In this document: positions 1 through 12,702 of the stretch, one piece after another
How the letters are laid out: each line of letters begins with the position of its first letter
Position numbering within the stretch: position 1 is the first letter of the stretch
Origin: Xylographa opegraphella
Lineage: Eukaryota
Direction: 5' to 3'
DNA: 64,000 bases
Assembly: GCA_022813865.1 (NCBI GenBank)
Contig: JALDZX010000034.1
Location: 1-64,000, forward strand
Translations under genes and position numbers: made by a program
The notes under the pieces: model-generated
Told to the model about the DNA's origin: nothing
Databases searched by the model: none
What the model saw: only the letters and a program-made list of their open reading frames with translations

Positions 1-61
1 ACCCTAACCCTAACCCTAACCCTAACCCTAACCCTAACCCTAACCCTAACCCTAACCCTAA
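1..61. repeat. Telomeric repeat (CCCTAA)n, ~10 copies
   Basis: Perfect ACCCTA/CCCTAA tandem array at the very start of the window, C-rich strand 5', as expected for a left chromosome end in fungi using TTAGGG. Confidence 0.98.
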
Positions 62-445
62 TTTTATTAAAATGATTTCCTATAAAACCTATAATCAAAT
101 AATCTTGTTTAAATCATTTTTTAATTTTATTAATATTAATTCTTTTTTTTATTAAATTAATTTTCTTATTTTTTTTAAACTTATTTTCTATTTTTATCAA
201 AATAGAATCCTAATATATTTAAATAATTTTTTAATTTTATTAATATTAATTCTTTTTTTCATTAAAATATTTTTTTAATTCTATTAATTTATTTTTTTAT
301 TTTTATTAAAATAATTTTAATTCTTTATTATATCTTATTTTTATCTTTATTATCCTTTTTTTAATTTTTATAATTATCCTTTTTTAATTTTATTATTTTA
401 TTTTTAAATTCTCATTTAATTTTATAATTTTTTTAATATAATTTC
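62..445. repeat. Extremely AT-rich subtelomeric block, probably RIP-degraded repeat DNA
   Basis: Almost only A/T with very few G. Near-identical internal duplicate 111-156 vs 221-266 (ttttttaattttattaatattaattcttttttt) and repeated ttatccttttttaatttt at ~350 and ~374. Composition returns to normal abruptly at 446. Confidence 0.75.
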
Positions 446-520
446 TGTTATGGCTCATCAACTCACCACACAAGCACGCCTAGAACGTAAGCTTTAGGTG
501 GACGATTTCAACCCAGATTA

Positions 521-558
521 NNNNNNNNNNNNNNNNNNNNNNNNNNNNNNNNNNNNNN
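521..558. other. Assembly gap (38 N)
   Basis: Run of N bases. Confidence 1.
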
Positions 559-760
559 TATATACTAAAGGTGCTAGTCCTGATCCAGCCCGACCCCTAT
601 TACCTGTGACTGATGTTATAGCCGTCACACCTTTCATCGAAAATTATCCATGGGTAACTGGTAACCGCTGGAATTCCTGGCTTCGTCAGGGCCCATGATG
701 TCTTCAGGAATGGGTGCTTCTCTGGAGAAGCCCATGCCCGCGGAATGTCCTTCGATCTGA

Positions 761-1346
761 TCAGTAAGTTCGATCATGCTCAACGAAAATTGACAATCGT
801 TCGTCGATCTTGATTGACCAGCCTACTTCAGTAGAACATCGGAGAAATGGGACTGCTCTTTGATGAACTGCGGCTCCATTGACAAACTGAGTTTTGATTT
901 GGTATGTCCATTCCTTCAATTTCTTATTCTGCTGCGTGTTGGCTGCGTAGCGACGGTCGGTATCTTGTGCAGTAAACGAGGTAAGTCCTTCTGGAAGACA
1001 TTTGTCAATCTGTCGTGCCAGTTGATTGCTTGCACGACTGTTCCTCAAGTATAATTCCAACTCTTCAACCAACAAATCCCATTCTCTTTGAAGAAAGGCC
1101 TTTACCGTGATGTGCCAAGTTTGTTGAGCCGGTTGGATGAAATAATGTGCCAGCCGGTCGAGCTGGGCTATTCATGTAAATACCAGGTAGAGATGTCGAA
1201 CCCATGAACCAGAATGCAAAATGAGCAATATCATGGTTATGGTTGATATCGTAGGCCAGGGTGTTGCGGATAAGTGAGAGAATGATATCGGGAGGAAAAC
1301 ACAGTAATATTTTATAAATTAAGAAACCTTTGAGACGTCCAGTCAT
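761..1346 (-). pseudogene. Frameshifted remnant of a hypothetical protein gene
   Basis: Two overlapping minus-strand ORFs (1065-1346, 761-1075) in different frames that read as one protein across a frameshift near 1085 (...HHGKGLSSK / REWDLLVEELELYLRN...ARQID...EVGWSIKIDERL). No obvious intron signal at the join. Confidence 0.4.
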
Positions 1347-1889
1347 TCAGTAAGATTTGTCAGTATCCCGCAGACGGTCGTTTGTTGATCTTTTTACTTG
1401 CACGAGAATACATCTGGAATGCTAACCTTCAGTGTCCGGCGTGCTCAAACGAGAACAGCCAGTCATCCTGCTCGTCGTCTTGAATAGGCTCGGAAGGGTC
1501 GGGAGATCGTAGACTCGGTTTAATATATGTGACATATTGCTTGGGAACGAAGGATTGACGGCTTTGGTTTTATCTTGAGTCAACGGCAAACAATACTTTA
1601 ACTGGTTCATAAGGCATGACAAAGAGGCACAGATATATTCATCATATATAATATCATGGCGACTGATTCAGATACGCCCGCGTAAAATAGTCATTTGATA
1701 ATATCTCGAGAAGACTGCTTACGATTCATATGTACAATATGGGTAAACGAAAGATAGAAAAGAGGTTTTGTGCGAAGCAAGCCCTAGGGTTTAACGAAAA
1801 TACATTTCGAGTTCGACAGACCAAAATTATCGAGTATTATAAATTAAGCAATAGTAAAACTTTTGTATTGAAATATTTCCCTTTCCTTT

Positions 1890-3784
1890 ATGTCAAATTC
1901 TCAACCCGACGTGCTCGCAAACTCCGCTCGAGGAGCCACTTTTCTCATCCTCCTTCAAGTAGGTTCCCGCGCCCTAACATTCGCCGTCAACCAAGTCCTC
2001 TTGCGCTTTCTCTCGCCCGAGCTGCTAGGTATCTCGTCCCAGCTAGAGCTCTACGGCATATCCGTTCTCTACTTCGCACGCGAGAGCCTGCGTGTTTCAT
2101 TGCAGCGGCAGCGGGTCGATGCCCAAGATGATCAACATGGACCTCCTTCGGACCAGAGACGTGTTGAGTCCCAGCGCACGCAGGAAGTAGTCAATCTGTC
2201 GTACATAGCGGTGCTGCTTGGTCCATTGCTTGCGTGCACGTTCGCGGTGCTTTATATGCGACAGGCGGGACCCGTGATGCTGATGAGTATCCCGTGGCTC
2301 TATGAATCGCTGGTGCTTTTCGCGTTCGCGACCACGGTGGAGCTGCTGGCGGAGCCGTGCTTCGTGGTTGCGCAGCAACGGATGCGGTACGGGCTGCGGG
2401 CTTCTGCCGAGTCGGCGGCTACGTTGACGAGGTGTGTGCTTACTTGTGCGGTGGTCGTGTGGGCAAGTGTGGGCGGGTGGGAACTGGGGGTGTTGCCATT
2501 CGCGGTGGGACAGTTGGGGTATGCTCTTGTTCTGAATGTTGTTTACTATGGTAGGATATGGCGGGATTCGACCAGCGAGGGTTATGTGTTGATCCCACGA
2601 CGTATGAGCATCGAGTAAGTTTTCTTTGATGTTTTGTTAGAAGGCAGTCTGACGGTGCTGGCAGTTCCGCAGACTACGTCCTGTCTCTCTTCTATCGGCC
2701 CACACTGACTCTATCGATCAATCTCTACGCACAGTCCGGACTCAAGCATCTTCTTACCCAGGGAGACTCCGTTCTGATTGCCCTCTTCGCGAGCCTCTCC
2801 TCCCAAGGCGTGTACGCGCTGGCTTCCAACTATGGCAGCCTTGTAGCTCGAATGCTTTTCCAGCCAATCGAAGAAAGCAGCCGCGGTGTCTTCGGCCGTC
2901 TTCTGGCCTCGGACGCTTCTCCAGTGACGAAGTCTGCGAAAGGCGTGCCCGTTACGACTATTTCTTCAAGCTTACCCGATCATGGTCGAAGTCGACAAGA
3001 CTCTCCTGCAGCCGATGCTGACTCCAAGAGCTCCAACAACGGCATCCTCTCAACTCGCTCCTATCTAACCACCCTCCTGCACCTATACGGACTGCTATCC
3101 CTCATCATCACCGTAATCGGCCCCACCATCGCCCCTCTCCTCCTGCGCTACGTGGCCGGCCCGGCATGGACGTCCGCAGGCCCCGTGCTCTCCGCCTACT
3201 GCTACTACATCCCCCTGCTCGCGCTGAACGGCATCCTCGAGGCGTTTGTCACAGCCGTCGCTACGCCTGCGCAACTGCGCGTCCAGTCAGTCTGGATGCT
3301 CGGCTTCAGCGCCGGCTTCGCGGGCTCGGGGTACGTTCTTCTGCGGGTGTATGACCGCGGGGCGAAAGGGCTGGTGGCCGCGAATGCGGTGAACATGGCT
3401 ACGCGGATCGTGTGGAGCTGGACGTTTGTGGGAGAATATTTGGATGGGAGGGGGTTGAGACTGGGGTTTGCGGAGTGCCTCCCTGATGTCAAGTCGATAA
3501 GCGTCGGGATACTGGTTGCGTCTTACCTTGCGGTCCTCGGGCGGTCGTTTCGTGGAGAGTATTTAGATTTGGCTAAAACCGTTGCTGTGGGAGGGATGTA
3601 CGGTCTTACTTTGTAAGTACAACAATCCCGGCCATTGAAGCTAAATAGAGTAAACTGAAACTAACAATATTCAATTAGGCTCTATCTCGAGCGAGGATTC
3701 CTCTATGATTGCTATCTGATGGTCAGACCACCGCCAGAAACACTGGATAAAGTATCGGCGGAGAAAGCTGAGAAGCAATCCTAA
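1890..3784 (+). CDS. RFT1: Man5GlcNAc2-PP-dolichol translocation protein RFT1 (3 exons: 1890-2614, 2665-3612, 3679-3784)
   Basis: N-terminal [59 protein letters not shown] and [22 protein letters not shown] are Rft1 signatures. GTAAGT..CTGAC..CAG and GTAAGT..CTAAC..TAG introns keep the frame. Confidence 0.95.
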
Positions 3785-3924
3785 TAATAAGTCTATCTGG
3801 TGGTTGGTCTTTGGTTCAGCAGCGATATGCCGCGTATCTCTATTACACATGACTGCATGACACGTATGGTAACTACGGCATTTTTCTTGTGAACCACAGA
3901 TATAACCAAAGAGCGCCTCGAGAT

Positions 3925-5849
3925 CTAGTCAAAGCGTATCTTCGTCGCAGCTTTGACTTCTCCTGTATCCTTGTAAAACGCACCATACGCCTCATGCCCC
4001 TTCTTCTTCACCGTGGTGCCAAACTTCAACAGCGCATCGGGCACGGGCTGACCTGCAGCTTTCAGGACGTTGATCAATGCGCCGGATTGGGCCTTGTCGT
4101 GTTCGGTAAATAAGGTAATAGCAAGGCCGGTCGCTCCAGCGCGACCAGTTCTGTCCGTCTGTCAGCCAAACTTGCATCGTTCGAGGTTGGTCCTCTCGAG
4201 TGTTACCTTCCGATTCTGTGTACGTAGTCTTCGACCGTTAAGGGAAAGGTAACATTTATAACCACCTTCACGGCTGGTATGTCCAGGCCTCTGGCAGCAA
4301 CGTCTGTCGCCACCAGGATTGGTACACCACCGTCCCGCTTGAAGGCCTCTAGACTCGCACTGCGCTTCTCCTGGCTCAAGTCGCCGTGGATCCCGGCCAC
4401 TTGCAGTCCTTTCATGCGGAGGAAGCTTTCGATCCTCGTTGCTTCTTTTTTGTATAGACAGAAGACCAGTATTCGCGTGTGCGATTTGGCGGGCGAGTTT
4501 TGTTTCAGCAGCTGAAGCAACCGCTGTTCCTTGTCGTAAGAGTCGACGACCTCGACCCGTTGCGTGATAGATGTGTTGGCACGGAGTTCTCCACTAGGAT
4601 TGTCTCCAATGGCGATTTTGACTGGTGAAAGCATGAATGTTGATGCGAGATCTCGGACAGATGGTGGCCACGTCGCTGTGAACATGAGCGTTTGACGACC
4701 AGCTGTCTTGGATCTTGTTGATGCCGGAGACAGTGTGGTGGAGATGATTTTTCGGATCTCGTCTTCGAAACCCTTGTCAAGCATTCTATCTGCTTCGTCG
4801 AGGACTACATAATCAACATTGCTAAGATCAGCTGCTCCTTCGTTGATCAAGTCGTTCAGCCGACCCGGCGTAGCTACGACAATATGCGCCGTTTTCAGCG
4901 CAAGCCTCTGCGCATCCTTAGGAACACCACCGTAGACACAAACAGCCTTGAGACCTGCCGGAGAAGCTAGCTGTACTATCTGGTCGTAGATCTGCACAGC
5001 AAGTTCCCGAGTTGGCGAGACTATGACTGCTCGGGCCGTAAAGCCCTGTCCAGAGGATGGAGGGAGTGTTGAGATATGGCGAATGCAGGGAAGACCAAAG
5101 GCCAGCGTCTTACCCGATCCTGTCTCAGCAACGCCAATCACATCCCTGCCGGAAAGGAGGAATGGCCAAGCAGCAGACTGGATAGGTGTAGGGTTCTTGA
5201 AAGCAGCAAACGGAGATGGCTTGGGAAGCACAGTGTCGGGGAGATGTGAGAATGAGATGATTGGACGAAGAAGCTGTGAAGAGGAAGGGTCGCTGATGGT
5301 AATGAAATTCGAGGAGAGGAACGAGTCGATCTCGGGTTGTGGCAAAGCAGACAGTGCAGGATTTTCCACGTATGTTGAAGTAGGGGTAGGTATCTTGTTG
5401 CCTCCGGCTTCTCTGTCCCCTTTCTTACGCTGACTTGGCTTCTCTGTATCTTTCAGCCTAGACTTCTCCGTCTTCTGCTCCGCTTTGGTAACGGTAGCGT
5501 CAGTGTCTGCGACCGGCTCGGCAGGATGTGTAGTAGGTTCGTCAGGCAGAGTTACAGTGGAAGCATCGGCATTATTTTTTCTCAATCCCTTCAATCTTGC
5601 TTTCTCGGCCTTCCTGGCCAGTTTGGCAGCAGCTTTGGCATCAGCACCATCATCGGCGTGCCCATTAGGTACTGTATTTCCATTGAGACTTGATTTATCG
5701 GCCTGCTTCAATATTTTCAACCTCTTTGCTTCCCTCCGCTCCTCCTTTGTGCCGTCCTTGCTTTTTCGCTTTCTTGACACCAACGACGCTTGTCCATCCG
5801 CGTCCGAAGAGCGCTGTGTTGTGCCCAGTCCCCCATCCATTTTCGCCAT
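3925..5849 (-). CDS. DBP3: DEAD-box RNA helicase DBP3 (60S biogenesis); exons 5849-4207, 4150-3925
   Basis: Lys-rich N-terminus, [21 protein letters not shown](W), HRIGR|TGRAG across the intron, and C-terminal [19 protein letters not shown]...KIRFD typical of Dbp3. Confidence 0.93.
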
Positions 5850-6262
5850 CTTCTCTGAAGGAGCCTCGCAATTCCTAAATGTGTGAAAAAGATCTCGGGA
5901 ATTGCCGACTTAAATTTCTCGGGCCGCTACGATGCATTCATCTTCGCTTGTCGCTTTAGCGAGTCTCACGATTTATGTCGCTGGCGTGCGAAGGACTTTG
6001 GCGCTACTGCAACATTTCTTAACCCCGATGGATTTCCTGCGAGCGTGGGAACAGCATGCTCTTTACCTCCGCATGGTGCATGACGAACCCACTCAACGCT
6101 CTGGCAGCGTAGGCTCATCTGCCTCAATCATCATGCCGTTCGATTGCGAGACGCCAGTTCCATAAATTGGCCGATGTCCCACTTCCACTCTCCCCAATTC
6201 TCCAACGCCTTCTAAACCCCAGGATCCCTTTACATAACCCTCAAAACCCCCACCAGCAAACC

Positions 6263-6904
6263 ATGCCAATCCTCGACTACATAGAGAGCAGCCTATCCCA
6301 TCACCTCTCGAACCAAAAAGGCCGGCACGCCAAACTCTTCACCAACGGCCCCGCCTTCGCCGCCTTCCCCGCGCCGACCTTCACCGTCGACTCACTAGAC
6401 TGCGGGCCCTCAGGCTCGCGGATGAGGCCCGAATACACGCAAGTGGGCGAGGACCGCTTCCCCGCGCTGACCTGGTCGGCGCTCGAGGCGGCGGCGGAGG
6501 CGGCGGCGGAGGACGAGGTGAAGCAGTATCTCGTCGTGGTGGAGGACCCGGACGCGCCGCTGCCGACGCCGGCGACGCATGCGGTGTTCTATGCGATCCC
6601 GCCCGACACCTGCGGTATCGCGGCGGGAGACATCGAGCCGGTGGTGGGGAGCGAGAGGGAGAGGAAGCTGCGGGGGGGGTTCCGGTACGGGAAGAATGTG
6701 CGAGGGACGATATATGGGGGGCCGAGGCCGTTGCTGAATCACGGGCCGCACGACTATTACTACCAGGTCGTTGCGTTGAAGGAGCCGCTCGATACCACCG
6801 GGATGAGTGCCGCTCCGACCAAGAGCGAGCTGGCGGTGGGGATTGTGGGGAAGGTGGCGGGCTGGGGGGCTTGGGTCGGGACGTTTGAGAGGAAGTGGAA
6901 GTGA
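6263..6904 (+). CDS. PEBP / YbhB-YbcL family (phosphatidylethanolamine-binding) protein
   Basis: Motifs FPALTW, YLVVVEDPDAPLP, YGGPRPLLNHGPHDYYYQVVAL. ATG at 6263; intronless and GC-rich. Confidence 0.88.
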   Translation: MPILDYIESSLSHHLSNQKGRHAKLFTNGPAFAAFPAPTFTVDSLDCGPSGSRMRPEYTQVGEDRFPALTWSALEAAAEAAAEDEVKQYLVVVEDPDAPLPTPATHAVFYAIPPDTCGIAAGDIEPVVGSERERKLRGGFRYGKNVRGTIYGGPRPLLNHGPHDYYYQVVALKEPLDTTGMSAAPTKSELAVGIVGKVAGWGAWVGTFERKWK

Positions 6905-7598
6905 AGGCCGGGAGGATGCTGGGTTGGTGACGGCTGCTTTGCTTCGCAGCGAGTGGTGCTGTGGATATGCATCGGGTCACTTCTTGTATGGTCATAGTAA
7001 TTGATGCGTACCGCACCTGTCATATGTATGCAATGGATGCATCCTACCCTTGTGACCAAGAATGAATATTCGATCGCATCTTTGTCGAGCATGTATGGAG
7101 TATGATATTCACGATCATAAGATGCATAAATGGGCGCCATCGAACTGTGGCCCAGAAAGCGAGATACAACATTATCTTAATTTATATGTGGTACGCTATA
7201 GACTATAGGACTCTCCTCGTCACTGTTTGGTTTGAATATCAGATATGACGAATATGCAACCATCGTAAACGAACTATAATTACAAGAAGCCATGGGGTTC
7301 AGCACTTGAAACCCTTTGGAATCATGTACAACGTAGTCGTTTTTCTCATACTGAAGCCTCGAGAACTTTTCTAAATAACTGCATTGGTGAAAGTCAAGAC
7401 CTTTAGCACTTATGTGCGCTCAATCCCGTCATTTGGTACCCTCTCCAAAGTTCTGACATGACACAAGCGGGAGTGGTGTTGCGACCGGATATGTCGCACT
7501 CTGGACCGCTTTGTTGGATGCGCTCGAGCTGTTGATCCATGTATGGTACCAAATACGAGGTCTTCACTGTGAGGAACACACACTCATGGAGTGCCCTC

Positions 7599-10381
7599 TC
7601 AAGCAGGCGAGGGATACTCATAATCTGGAGCGAGTCCATCATTGGTGCCCGCCGGATAGATAGTGATGAAGTCGACGTTCACCATACCTTCGTTTCCGCT
7701 ACAGTCAGCACCAATGAGTAATGTCGCCGTGGTAGCTGCTGGAACAAAATTGGCCGTACTGTGGGTATAATGCCATGTGCTGGCCTGCGCCGAGGCTCCG
7801 TTGATGGTTGTCGTGAATACTGTTGTGCCGCCCATCTGGGCGTAGACGGAGCATGTGGTACCCGTGTTCATCTGCGATTGGTAGAATGCATGCAGGTACC
7901 AATAGAAGTCGATGGTGTACGTCTGGGTCGGATCAAGGCACGAGATGCTCTGCGTCACGGAAGAGCTTGTGGGCTGTCCAGTGCCTGGTCCGTAGTTGTA
8001 TGCCACGAAGCCAGGGTTCAGCTCCACGTACATTTTTCCGTCCACGGCACCAAGAACCGTGTTGGATGTCTGAAGGCTGGAGAAGGAGGCAAAAACCCAC
8101 GGAGCTGCTGTCGAATCAGAGGACGAATAAGTCTCGAAAGATGGATTGAGCACAAGTTGTGTTGGACAAGCCGATGAAGAGGCAGCGGTTGTGGATGAAG
8201 TGACAGCAGAAGTCGTCGTAGAAGCACAGCTTGAACCTGGGACATCGCCGGCGCAGAAAAAGCACTCGTTATCAAACCACAATTGTCCGTTCCCACCCTC
8301 AACCCAGACGGTATTAACATTGGACAGCAGAAACTCCTGGTCCGAGAATTGACAGAGGGTTAGAAATGCCCATGATTTGCATGTGGGACTTTGTAGACAG
8401 CCCAGTTGACAGGAAGCGGAAGCGCTGAACATGCCTTCATAAACGTCCTGGATACCAGCACCAGCAATGCCGCATACGGCATTTGCCCGAGGTGATGGAT
8501 TTGGAAGAAGGTCGGTGCATGTGGCCGCAGGAGATGGATAAGTCATACTGCAGCCTGTAGGTGTGCCGGTCGAGATCGCTGTTGTCGTTGTTATCGACAT
8601 TTGAGCGCTCGTAGTCGTACCAGTAGACGTACTCGTTCCAGCAGTAGAACTCGCAATACTGGAGACAGGAGGAGTAACCAAACATGCTGCACCATTAACA
8701 CCGAGGTATCCCCAACATGCCTGATCCCACACATACAATCCCGAGGTAGAGGATGCCGGCGTTGCGTACGAGGAAACGGAGCGAGGGTACAGTATGCACT
8801 GAGCAGCCCCATTCATCGGACCCCAACTGATAGACTCACACGCAGAATTTGCCAGGCACGCAGCAGCACAATCTGGCAGGGCTATACCGGTGTTGCCGTA
8901 TATGTACAGCTCATCGCTGCTCCCAGTCGATGCTACTTCGTGCTGGCAAGTCGCACCGGCTGGAAACGGGCTGATGATATGTATAGAGCACGTTGGGTTC
9001 GGCGGCGCGATGAATGAGGCAGCGACAGAGCTAGGGGCCTGCGTGGATGTCGTAGTGATGGTTGTAAGGGTATTTGGTGCCAGTGTATACGTGAGGCTGA
9101 TGTTGTCAATATTATCCGGCGTGACCTGATTCGAGACAAAAACCTCATCGATGAGTGCTTCTGCTGTACCGCTGTTATCGCAATCGAGGAGGAACTGCAG
9201 GTTTCCACCAGATGCACTTGGCGTGAATGTGGAAATAAACTGAATCCATGCCGAGGGCTGTCCAGTGTTCGATGCGAAGTAAGGTGTCGAGCTAAAAAGC
9301 GTGCTACCATAGTAAGCATCAATCCTACAATTCTGAGGTTGTGCATTTGCGGCAAGAGTGTAGTCGACGTAGTACCAGAGCGAGACTGTGTACTGCGTGG
9401 TCTCGTCCAGATCGGCGAGGATTTGTTCTATACCCGCCGCTCCGCCATTAGACATTTGCCGACGTACCACTCGGCGACTTGCTGTTGCTGCACTTCCAGT
9501 GATCAACTGCACTGCATAGTTTCCCGTGTTCCCGTCTCCATGATACGCGTTACCGGCCACCAACTTAGCATTGCCAAGTGCTATCCAGGCCGCAAGTCCT
9601 CCTGGAGCTGAGGAGTCGTATAAAAAGTTGCCGTTGCCAACTACATTATATATTGGGGCTGCTGGAGCTGTAGGTAGTGGTGCAGCTGGATTGGAAGTCG
9701 TGGTGGCGCTGGTTGTTGATGTAGAATGTGGCCCGGTGGCGGTGCTGGTCGTGGTGACTGTCAAGAAACTAGTTGCAGTGATCGTACCAGAATTGGAGTT
9801 GGAGCCTCTGGTAGTCGTTGTGGTACGGCTAGAGCTAGATGGGGTCGTGGAGGAAGGGACTGGCTTCTTGACGGTGTTGACAACTCCCGTGGTTGACGAC
9901 GTGGAAGCACGGCTCGTCGTAAGTGTCGTTGTTGTACTTGTCGTGGAGGTTTTTCGAGTGGTCGTGGAAGCGATCGGAGACTTAACCGGGTTCGGAGAAG
10001 AAGTTGATAGATGACCAGTTGACGTCGAGATCGACGCCGTTCTCGTCGTTGTAGATTTTGACGTGGTAGTGGAAGATGTCTTCGCTCCGATACACAAGCA
10101 GGCGGAAGCGATTCTTAGAGGATCATGATGACAAGCTGAAATGGCGCTTGGAATATCCCATGGTGGATGCAACAGGCTCAACTCAAAGGCATGACAGTAG
10201 GCTGAAGGAGTCGGAAGTGCACGCAGTTGGCTCGAGCAAGCGTCGCTCGTCTGCCAGTGGGTTAGCTATAGTCCTGATCTTAGCCACACCGACAAGGTCC
10301 GTCACTCACACATAGACTTGGGGCCGCTGTTGAAAATGGCAGCAGCCAAGTGAGGAAGAGAACCGACAAGAATGAATACAT
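7599..10381 (-). CDS. Secreted Ser/Thr-rich multidomain protein with two carbohydrate-binding (galactose-binding-like) modules and two PAN/apple-like Cys modules; exons 10381-10310, 10250-7599
   Basis: Spliced N-terminus MYSFLSVLFLTWLLPFSTAAPSLC|TSDACSSQL is a signal peptide (GTGAGT..GCTAAC..CAG intron, phase 0). NVVGNGNF and LVLNPSFE start CBM-like domains. CAAACLANSACESISW..CILY and CQLGCLQSPTCKSW..CQF are apple-like. Long S/T linkers. Confidence 0.8.
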
Positions 10382-11084
10382 TTCTTATAGAGAAAGAAAA
10401 TACAACAGACAAAAGCCGGTCCAACTATCAAGGACAGTAATGCAGCGACTGAAGAGTGCTGGAAAGAAAGACCACAATCCCTGTTACCCACACGAAGGAA
10501 GAAGTCGAGCAGGAGCAGCAGCTGCAGCTCTTAAGCAGCTCATGTCGGCGAGGCCCAGACCCAGGTGTGCCATGAGCCGCCTCGCCGACTGGACTTGGCA
10601 TGACAGCGTCGACTATTGCTTGAGCCCCTCAGGACGTGGGCGGTCGCTGTATTCCGTAGTGTGAAGATAGTATCTGGAGCGAGCAAGGATGAGCGGCGGG
10701 TCCGTTGATGAAGTTGTCAAAACTTTTGCTTCTGGAACGCTATCTCGCACCGTGCGGATGCTTACTGGCTGTGTAAGCGAGACGCTGCACGAGGCGAGCA
10801 GGGATTCGTGGTCTGATGTTCGTCCATTTCGGGCCTGTGGCGCACTCAGATGAGCTGGATCGAGGCTGAGGCGTGGTCTAGATCCTGCACGAGAACCTTA
10901 TCTGGCGCCGTTGGAAAGCGGATGGGGAGTTTGCGTGCTCCGGAACCGAGGAGGCGGATGAACGCCGAGGAGTAGTGAGCAGAGAATTATGTCTTGAATC
11001 AAATCTGCATGGCGAATATATATATATACAGCATTGCGTAGATTCGAGTGGTGATATGACTCAGCTAACGTGACAACGTCATTC

Positions 11085-12388
11085 TCAGCCTATGGTACAG
11101 ATGATCTTGCCCATGGTCTTGTTACTCTCCATCAACTCGTGCGCCTGGACGATTTCCTCCCACGGGAACACCTTCTCGATCGGCACCTTGAAGCTCCCGT
11201 CGATGAACTTGGGCAGCGCGTGTTCTACCAGGCTGTCTCGCAACTTGCGCTGATAGCCTTCATCGCGACTGCGCAGGCTCGATCCCTCGTACCGGAGCCT
11301 CTTCCGCACGAAGCCTCCGATGTCCACCCCGGCCGGCAGCTTCGTCCCGCTCAGCGTCCCGAGATTGACGATGCGGCCGTCTCGCGCGGCCACGTCGAGG
11401 TCGCCCTGGAAGTAGTTCTGTCCGACGAAGTCGATGACCACGTCCACGCCCTTCCCGCCCGTCGCCTCCAGGATCTCCTTCGCCCAGTCTTGCGTCTTGT
11501 AATTAAAGCCGGCCGTAGCCCCGAAGCTTCTGCAGAAATCGAGCTTCTCTTGCGAACCGGCGGTGACGTAGATTGCCGATGCGTTGTCGGCTTTGGAGAG
11601 CTGGATGCCCGCGATGGAAACGGAGGACGCGCCCGCGTGCCAGAGGATGGATTTGCCCGCGCTGAATTCTCCGACCAGGTACATGGCTTGCGTCGCCGTG
11701 ATCCACGTCTGTATCGAGCAATATCAGTGTCGAGTCTGCCTATGAAGGTGTGACAGCGGTGGAATGGACAGACGAACCTCTGGAATACCCGCAGCCACTT
11801 CCCATGACAGCTCTTTCGGCTTGTGTATCAACATGTGAGTCGAAACAGCAATGTATTCCGCATAGGCACCTGGACAGCGTCAGCGCGATGCATCATTACT
11901 GCCCCTGTGCCATCTCCCACCCACGTGCCCATCATCATGCCCATTGTACAGTCACACACGTCTGCCCCTTATGGGTGAGAGTCGTAGGACAATGACCTAC
12001 CACCGTACGCCAGCCCAAACACCTCGTCGCCAACCTTGAACGCACTCTCCGCATTTTTCGCCTCGGCTACGATCGTGCCCGAGAACTCCACGCCCAGCGT
12101 CTTCGGTGCCTGTGGCGGGACGGGGTACATACCCTCGCGCTGGAGGAGGTCCATGCGGTTGAGACCAAAGGCTTTGATCTTGACGAGCGCCTGCGCATCC
12201 TTCGGCGTCGGTTTCTGGATCCGCGTGATGTTGAGGGCGGATGCGGGGCCTTTGCCGGCCTTGATATCTGCTCATCATCCGTCGGATCAGTATCGTGATC
12301 CCATCATTATAATTCACAGTCACTAGATAGAGAATGGGACCCGCTACGCACCCACAGCGGCCATGGTGGACGCCATAATGGAAGCCAT
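11085..12388 (-). CDS. NAD(P)H quinone oxidoreductase, PIG3/zeta-crystallin (MDR) family; multi-exon
   Basis: LVKIKAFGLNRMDLLQREGMYP, LGVEFSG, EVFGLAYGG, ILWHAGASSVSIAGIQL, GVDVVIDFVG and AHELMESNKTMGKII. Confidence 0.9.
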
Positions 12389-12702
12389 GTTGAATTCGCG
12401 GGTCAGATCGGATTTGCGGTAAGGGAGCTTGTATACAATTGATCTATGGAAGAACGATACTCGAGCTCGGACGACTATGTACATGCACGACTCAGCTTAC
12501 CTTCAGCTTACCTTACAAAAGCCCGCCCAGCAAACGGAACGAGGGGATGCTTCATTATTTATCCGGACCCCTCGTCACGTGCTGAGCCACAACCTCCGCA
12601 AACTCCGTGGATGCATCGAGTGCCGCATTCTCGGCCGAGAAGAGAGCTTCAGGTCGAGGCCAATCAGCTTGCGTCTCTAGAATGTCGCCATGATGTATGT
12701 CG

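Noticed and set aside
6381..7016. Long antisense/alternate ORFs over the PEBP gene (likewise over the oxidoreductase, SCJ1, DNMT5 and NmrA-like genes)
   Set aside because: Shadow ORFs caused by GC-rich codon bias; low-complexity translations with no motifs.
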